From Nanobdellota archaeon (GTDB lineage Archaea > Nanobdellota > Nanobdellia > Pacearchaeales > GW2011-AR1), in the NCBI GenBank assembly GCA_038045705.1, contig JBBSXO010000001.1:96001-160000 (forward strand): 64,000 nt of DNA. The letters are read 5' to 3'. How positions within the stretch are numbered: the first letter of the stretch is position 1; each line of letters starts with the position of its first letter. The notes under the pieces are model-generated. The model saw nothing but the letters and a program-made list of their open reading frames with translations, ran no database searches and was not told where the DNA came from. The translations under genes and the position numbers were made by a program. This document shows, one piece after another, positions 58,820 through 64,000 of the stretch.

Positions 58820-59095
58820 ATGAAAAAGAGTGTAAGGATAACTATTCAAGGCTCAGTACAACCAGTTTTCTTTAACAGATTCATAAAAGAAAACGCTGAA
58901 AAGTTAGGTATAAAAGGATTTATCAGAAACAAAGGAGACGGAATAATTGAAATGTTTATAGAAGGTAACATGAATGAAGTAAACGCAATGATTCTTACCT
59001 GTAAGACAGGACCTCAACACACAATGATTAGAAGCACTGAAGAAAAAGAAGAAAAATTTCAAGGCTTCAAAGATTTCAAGATAATGGACTTCTAA
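58820..59095 (+). CDS. acyP: Acylphosphatase-family protein (atypical P-loop)
   Basis: GSVQPVFFNR, GFIRNKGDG.IE, CKTGP. Confidence 0.8.
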   Translation: MKKSVRITIQGSVQPVFFNRFIKENAEKLGIKGFIRNKGDGIIEMFIEGNMNEVNAMILTCKTGPQHTMIRSTEEKEEKFQGFKDFKIMDF

Positions 59096-59101
59096 AACTA
59101 A

Positions 59102-59179
59102 TTAGATTTTTTCCTCATCCTCTTCTTCTTCCTCTTCCTCGTCTTCTTCAAAGTCGTCTTCTTCGAATTCTTTCACCAT
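59102..59179 (-). CDS. 25-aa hyperacidic peptide
   Basis: MVKEFEEDDFEEDEEEEEEEDEEKI; minus-strand TTTAAATA at 59201-59208. Confidence 0.55.
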   Translation of the reverse strand: MVKEFEEDDFEEDEEEEEEEDEEKI

Positions 59180-59270
59180 ATTTCAAATTCATATAAATAC
59201 TATTTAAATTTTTCTGAGAAAGATTTCATGGCATCAAAACGCATATAAATCATGATAAACAAGCCTATTT

Positions 59271-60758
59271 ATGGGTCGAGAAGAACTAATCATTCAAGAA
59301 CGTCTAAAAAAACTGCATGCATTAAAAGCAAATGGGATAAATCCTTATCCCAATAAATTTGAGAGAACTCATCTGGCTCAAGAACTAATTGATAAAAATA
59401 AATCTCTTAAAGCAGGTGCTAAATCCTCTCAAAAAGTTAAAGTTTCTGGAAGAATCATGAGTATCCGAGATTTTGGTAAAATTGCTTTTGTAGTTATACA
59501 AGATGATTCTACAAAGATACAGATAAACATACAGAAAGATGAAACGCCTGAAAAAATAAGAGAACTATTCTCTAAATTAATTGATACGGGAGATTTTGTA
59601 GGCGTAGAAGGAACAATAATAAGAACAGATAGAGGAGAATTGTCTGTTTTGGCAAAAAACATTACTCTCTTGACAAAATCAATTTTACCACTTCCTGAAA
59701 AATGGCATGGACTGAAAAGTGATGAAGAACGTTTACGAAAAAGATATCTTGATATCTTAATGGATAAAGAAATAAAAAATATCTTTCTAAGAAAATCTAA
59801 GTTCTGGAACACAGTAAGAAACTGTTTAGTCGAAAGAGGATTTATTGAAGTTGAAACACCAGTATTAGAGACTTCAGCTGGAGGCGCAGCAGCTACACCT
59901 TTCAAGACACATCACAATGCTCTTAATATGGATGTATACCTAAGAATTTCAATGGGAGAGTTGTGGCAAAAAAAATTGATGGTTTCAGGTTTTGAGAAAA
60001 CTTTTGAGATAGGTCGTCAGTTTAGAAATGAAGGAATGGACGCAGAACATTTGCAAGATTATACTCAAATGGAATTCTATTGGGCATATGCAAACTATGA
60101 AGATGGAATGGAATTAGTAGAAAATATGTATAAAAAAGTTGCAAAAGAAGTTTACAACACAACAAAATTTACAATAGAAGGTCACACTTTCGATTTAGAC
60201 AAAAAATGGAAAAGGATAGATTATACAGACACAGTTAAAAAAGAGACTGGAATTGATATTTTCAAAGCAAGCAATAAAGAAATGGAATCAAAATTAAAAG
60301 AATTGAATGGGGTGTTAGAGCAAAACCAGTCAAAACAAAATTTAATAGACTCATTGTGGAAATTTTGTAGAAAGAAAATTAGCGGACCAGCATTTTTGAT
60401 AGGTCACCCAGTAGAAGTTTCTCCATTGGCAAAAAGAGACCCAAAAGATGGAAGAAAAGTAGAACGTTTCCAAGTATTATTAGCTGGAAGTGAAGTTGGT
60501 AATGGTTATTCAGAGCTTAATGATCCTCTAGATCAAGAAGAGAGATTTATTGAACAGCAAAAAATGAAAGATGCAGGAGACAAAGAGGCTCAAGAACATG
60601 ATCATGACTTTGTTGAAGCTTTAAAATACGGAATGCCTCCGACGTGTGGTTTCGGTGTGTCTGAAAGACTTTTTGCATTCTTAGAAGGAAAACCAATTAG
60701 GGAAACGGTTATTTTCCCTCTAATGAAACCAACAAAATCGGATAATAAAAATGACTGA
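59271..60758 (+). CDS. lysS: Lysine--tRNA ligase, class II
   Basis: LPEKWHGL, RKRYLD, GGAAATPF, FRNEG, NGYSELNDP, YGMPP. Confidence 0.97.
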   Translation: MGREELIIQERLKKLHALKANGINPYPNKFERTHLAQELIDKNKSLKAGAKSSQKVKVSGRIMSIRDFGKIAFVVIQDDSTKIQINIQKDETPEKIRELFSKLIDTGDFVGVEGTIIRTDRGELSVLAKNITLLTKSILPLPEKWHGLKSDEERLRKRYLDILMDKEIKNIFLRKSKFWNTVRNCLVERGFIEVETPVLETSAGGAAATPFKTHHNALNMDVYLRISMGELWQKKLMVSGFEKTFEIGRQFRNEGMDAEHLQDYTQMEFYWAYANYEDGMELVENMYKKVAKEVYNTTKFTIEGHTFDLDKKWKRIDYTDTVKKETGIDIFKASNKEMESKLKELNGVLEQNQSKQNLIDSLWKFCRKKISGPAFLIGHPVEVSPLAKRDPKDGRKVERFQVLLAGSEVGNGYSELNDPLDQEERFIEQQKMKDAGDKEAQEHDHDFVEALKYGMPPTCGFGVSERLFAFLEGKPIRETVIFPLMKPTKSDNKND

Positions 60759-60927
60759 AGAAATAGACCTAATAATTAAAAGCAAAATTAAGTCCGCAGT
60801 TCCCGAACTTAGTGTAGCAGGAGAAGTTCCAGATGCTCTAAACAAAAAAGTTCTCAAAATGTTACAAGATGCATCAGAAAGAGCAAAAGCAAATGGCAGA
60901 CGAACTCTTCAAGCCAGAGATTTGTAG
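60751..60927 (+). CDS. Short histone-fold protein (alpha3-truncated type)
   Basis: Manual translation MTEEIDLIIKSKIK...ALNKKVLKMLQDASERAKANGRRTLQARDL. Confidence 0.88.
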   Translation: MTEEIDLIIKSKIKSAVPELSVAGEVPDALNKKVLKMLQDASERAKANGRRTLQARDL

Positions 60928-60931
60928 GAAA

Positions 60932-61282
60932 TTATTTAGTCAATACTTTTTCCTGAATGTATATTCCTATATTGTAGAGATCTCGATGATAAAATTCTAA
61001 TCCTGCTTCACTAGCATTAGACTGTGACCAAGAACTTGAGTATCCAATCATTTTTAACTTTGGTATTATAACCTTTAGTTCTCTTGCCGTTTGTAGTCCA
61101 TTCATACAACCCATATTAAAATCAATAACTGCCAAATCATATTCTTTTTCTTTTGCTTTTTTAATAGCCTCCTCACCACTATCAATTACATCTATTCTAA
61201 CATCTCCTCCAAGCATTTGGTCTAGCTTTTGCTTAATATGACATGGATTTGCATCTTCTATCACTAAAACATCTAATTTCAT
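60932..61282 (-). CDS. Single-domain response regulator receiver (CheY-like)
   Basis: VLVIED, YDLAVIDFNMGCMNGL, IGYSS. Confidence 0.85.
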   Translation of the reverse strand: MKLDVLVIEDANPCHIKQKLDQMLGGDVRIDVIDSGEEAIKKAKEKEYDLAVIDFNMGCMNGLQTARELKVIIPKLKMIGYSSSWSQSNASEAGLEFYHRDLYNIGIYIQEKVLTK

Positions 61283-61395
61283 AAAAAAGCGCAAGTTTGA
61301 TCTTATTTAAATCTATCGAGAGGAAATATTAATCGGATAACACATTAGAATTAACTGTGTGTGCTTCCTCATGACATATGTCTTGTGGACAGACA

Positions 61396-61941
61396 CTAAT
61401 TAGAAGCAATCGTTCTTCTTCTATTATTCGGTTCTTTCTTGTGAGCCATTGGATCTTTTGGAACATGTTTCTGTGCCCTCGCCTGTTGTTCAGCCATTTT
61501 TTCATTAGTAATTGCAGCAGATTTTTCTTTCTCGCTTTCGTCTTTCTTTTGTTCTTCAGTTTTTTCCTCTTTCTTAACTTCAGGAGCAGTCACTTTTCTA
61601 TCTATTTTCATATATCTTCTTGAATGTCTTTCTCTAGCAAACTTAACACGTTCAGGGTCAGTAACAAAAGTCACATGAACGACATCTCCAGTCTTGACAG
61701 CTTTAACAGTAACTCTTGCAGGAGGAGTAGAAGAACCTCTATACCAGACTTCATTATTCAAGTAACTATCAATCTTAACTTTGTCAAGGTCTCTATTGTG
61801 AACTTTCATATGTTTAGCAATAAACTCTTTAATTGCCTTTACAGCCTTAGCAGTTCTTTTATAAGAAGGCACTTTAGTCCATTCCCTTCTAAGTGGAATT
61901 GTATATTCTCTTTCAAGTTTGTTCGTTTGTTTTTCAGCCAT
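61396..61941 (-). CDS. rpl31e: 50S ribosomal protein eL31 with charged C-terminal extension
   Basis: EREYTIPLR, KRTAKAVKAIKEF, LNNEVW.RG..PP. Confidence 0.95.
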   Translation of the reverse strand: MAEKQTNKLEREYTIPLRREWTKVPSYKRTAKAVKAIKEFIAKHMKVHNRDLDKVKIDSYLNNEVWYRGSSTPPARVTVKAVKTGDVVHVTFVTDPERVKFARERHSRRYMKIDRKVTAPEVKKEEKTEEQKKDESEKEKSAAITNEKMAEQQARAQKHVPKDPMAHKKEPNNRRRTIASN

Positions 61942-61942
61942 T

Positions 61943-62317
61943 TTAATTATCTACCTCCAAAGGTTCCGGCATTGATTCCCAAGAGTTATAGGGCTTACCA
62001 TGTTCAATTAAATCATCAGGGTGAGTTTCTAATCTAAGATTTCTTCTCTTAAGCAATAGTTCGACATCCTGTCTTGCTAACTCGGGATTTCCTGAAAAAT
62101 CGTTAATTAATAAAGTTCCATCCATTCCATTAAACTGCACATTAAAAGCATCCATACTTCCAAAACTGTCTAAATTATTATACCTATTATGTTTATAAAG
62201 TTTAGAGTCTCTAATTACTTTCAATGCTTTTATAGAAAGAGTTCTAGGGTTTTCATCTTTCACTTGATAACCAGCCATAGGTACTATTTCAAAAAGTGTA
62301 GAATTTATAGAGATCAT
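61943..62317 (-). CDS. Hypothetical protein inserted between eL39 and eL31
   Basis: ORF exactly fills the interval; start uncertain. Confidence 0.55.
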   Translation of the reverse strand: MISINSTLFEIVPMAGYQVKDENPRTLSIKALKVIRDSKLYKHNRYNNLDSFGSMDAFNVQFNGMDGTLLINDFSGNPELARQDVELLLKRRNLRLETHPDDLIEHGKPYNSWESMPEPLEVDN

Positions 62318-62320
62318 ATT

Positions 62321-62518
62321 TTATCCTAGATGTTTCTTAGTCGCTCTACGCGGCTTAATCTTCAATTTAGTTCTTCTCCAGCTTCTACGAATCTTTGTCA
62401 TCGCAGATGGATGTACTCTTTTACCTTTTCCAAATCTGCGAACAACTGCCCAAACTGGAGCCCACTTAGTTCTTTTAGTGTATGTTCCTAAAACTATTTT
62501 TTTATGATACTCAGTCAT
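62321..62518 (-). CDS. rpl39e: 50S ribosomal protein eL39
   Basis: APVWAV...HP...RRSWRRTKLK; genomic context. Confidence 0.9.
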   Translation of the reverse strand: MTEYHKKIVLGTYTKRTKWAPVWAVVRRFGKGKRVHPSAMTKIRRSWRRTKLKIKPRRATKKHLG

Positions 62519-62519
62519 T

Positions 62520-62927
62520 TTACTTAATTCCCTCAAGGAGACTCTTACCTTTTTCAGTAAGCATTCTTCCTTTAACCTTGCCTTCAGATTTTATAACTAA
62601 TTGGGCAGATTCAGCTTGCTGTAAAATCATTCTTAAAATCTTTCCGCTCGATTTAGCAAATCTTGCAGGTTGCTTTCCTCTATCCTTACGATTTCCATAT
62701 CTTGATCTTAATCTCTGAACACCTACAGTGCCACGTAAATAAATTTGTCTTAAAATGCTTGCAGTTCTATTATGCCAGAAATTTTCATCTTCAATAGGTC
62801 TTTGTTTACCTCTTCCACTTTTGACAAAAGAAACCCATTCAGGAGCCTTAAACTCCTCATACTCTTTCAACGCATCAGCTAACAAATGATTATATTTTCC
62901 AGCTTGAATAGTTTTAACAGCACTCAT
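62520..62927 (-). CDS. rps19e: 30S ribosomal protein eS19
   Basis: PEWVSFVKSG, RTASILRQIY, GVQRLRSRYG, GRMLTEKG. Confidence 0.96.
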   Translation of the reverse strand: MSAVKTIQAGKYNHLLADALKEYEEFKAPEWVSFVKSGRGKQRPIEDENFWHNRTASILRQIYLRGTVGVQRLRSRYGNRKDRGKQPARFAKSSGKILRMILQQAESAQLVIKSEGKVKGRMLTEKGKSLLEGIK

Positions 62928-62992
62928 GAATTCTACTAAAAAAGACGCTTTATAAAACTTCCCAAAAGTAAATGTTTTTGAATTCAAACCAA

Positions 62993-63238
62993 TTAATTTT
63001 TGGTACTTCTTTTCATAAGAATTATAGTAAATCCTATTACTCTGTAATTGTACTTGCCAGGAAGCTCGCTAATAAGAGTTTGAGCAACTTCTTCAATTTT
63101 AGATCTATCAGAAATCGCGCTTTTTAATAGTTGAACTTTAACCACTCTTCTAGTTTTAAAAGCACTAGCTAAATGTTCAATTCCAGTTTTAGTTAAACCA
63201 TTTTTACCAATTTGAAATACAAGTGTTCCAGGTTTCAT
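62993..63238 (-). CDS. YhbY/CRM RNA-binding protein
   Basis: QIGKNGLT, VKVQLLKS, IGFTIIL. Confidence 0.9.
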   Translation of the reverse strand: MKPGTLVFQIGKNGLTKTGIEHLASAFKTRRVVKVQLLKSAISDRSKIEEVAQTLISELPGKYNYRVIGFTIILMKRSTKN

Positions 63239-63807
63239 TTTACAAACTTAACGCCTCCAGCAGGCAAAGCAGAAAGCAATTGCTCCTTATTTAAGTCTTT
63301 AATTTCATTAACTTTAGACTTTATCTCAATTGCTTTGTCAATTTTTCCAGGAATAACAAAAACAATTATTTCGCTATCAGAAACAGATTCTTCAGGAACC
63401 GCTCTAACTACCCCATTTTGCAAAGCAATTGCAAGTTTCAAATCAACTGTAAAATTTTTAACTTGTCCTTTCACAGACCAAGTTCCTTCTTTCATTTCAG
63501 TATCCTTACTAAGTTGAGACAATTTGAAAGAGTGAACAATGGTTGATTTCTTCCCATCTTTCCAGGCTCTAGAAAAACACCCAGTAAAAATAGCACATTC
63601 AAGTAAATCTTGTTTAGAAACAGCATTTACAGGAGCAACAATTACACAAAAAGGGCTACCAGGATGTTTAGTATGCATCACAATAAGTTCTTTTCTCATA
63701 TTCTTTAAGTCATTAAGAAGAGTGTCATTGCTTTCAGCACTCTTTCCTCCAACAACAAGTTTTCCAGACTTAGTAAAAAACCATTTGTATTTTTTATAAT
63801 CTATCAT
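63235..63807 (-). CDS. NFACT RNA-binding domain protein (DUF814)
   Basis: YKWFFT, VGGKSAESN, HTKHPGSPF, FSRAWK. Confidence 0.85.
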   Translation of the reverse strand: MIDYKKYKWFFTKSGKLVVGGKSAESNDTLLNDLKNMRKELIVMHTKHPGSPFCVIVAPVNAVSKQDLLECAIFTGCFSRAWKDGKKSTIVHSFKLSQLSKDTEMKEGTWSVKGQVKNFTVDLKLAIALQNGVVRAVPEESVSDSEIIVFVIPGKIDKAIEIKSKVNEIKDLNKEQLLSALPAGGVKFVK

Positions 63808-63877
63808 ATAACTAAAACATTCTATTTGCTTTTAATCCTTTGGAAAAATTTTAAATACATTATATCTATGAATGTTT

Positions 63878-64000
63878 ATGTCTCCAAAAAATAATTCAGA
63901 CCCTTTAAAAGATTATGATGACTCACAGAGAGCAAATAGAGTTCTAAGAGACTATAGTTTAGATATAATGGCTTTAGGTATTCAAAGAGTAGCCTATAAT
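63878..64000 (+). CDS. Hypothetical protein (5' end only)
   Basis: Open frame MSPKNNSDPLK... to window end; TTTAAATA about 25 nt upstream. Confidence 0.45.
   Translation, partial: MSPKNNSDPLKDYDDSQRANRVLRDYSLDIMALGIQRVAYN

Noticed and set aside
61366-61389. Hairpin downstream of rpl31e
   Set aside because: Imperfect; most simply a terminator or stability hairpin

Overview
AT-rich, gene-dense chromosomal window from a DPANN archaeon, most likely Pacearchaeota. Evidence for this: a pacearchaeosortase-type protein, a fused PriS-PriL primase, an archaeal ribosomal and transcription gene set, many apparently leaderless genes with a TATA box about 25 nt upstream of the ATG, and almost no metabolic genes. 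Housekeeping content: uL1-uL10-P1, ftsZ-secE-spt5-uL11, aIF5A-eL40, eL43-rpo12-pfdB, sepF, PCNA, primase, hjc, cbf5, trmY, class II lysS, a short histone, eS19-eL39-eL31, tRNA-Ser(TGA) and tRNA-Pro(TGG). Roughly half the window (about 14.8-49.9 kb) encodes surface proteins. The best candidate for an undescribed system is a 13.5 kb locus (22.9-36.4 kb). It has six class III signal-peptide (pilin-like) genes and three paralogous disulfide-rich secreted proteins. One of these, about 1220 aa with an internal Gly/Ala-rich hydrophobic hairpin, is exactly the fusion of the other two, which suggests a pilus-delivered host attachment or membrane-penetration apparatus. Other notable signals: four helically phased AAYCGCGCAA boxes upstream of a RelA/SpoT synthetase that sits next to a wHTH/CARF-like pair; a LAGLIDADG gene overlapping tRNA-Ser and containing its promoter; a modular IS200/IS605-end-like palindromic repeat present twice; a structured ~170-nt S-layer mRNA leader; a bacterial DnaA domain IV protein; and unannotated basic and acidic micro-ORFs. 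All calls come from reading motifs by eye; no database searches were run.
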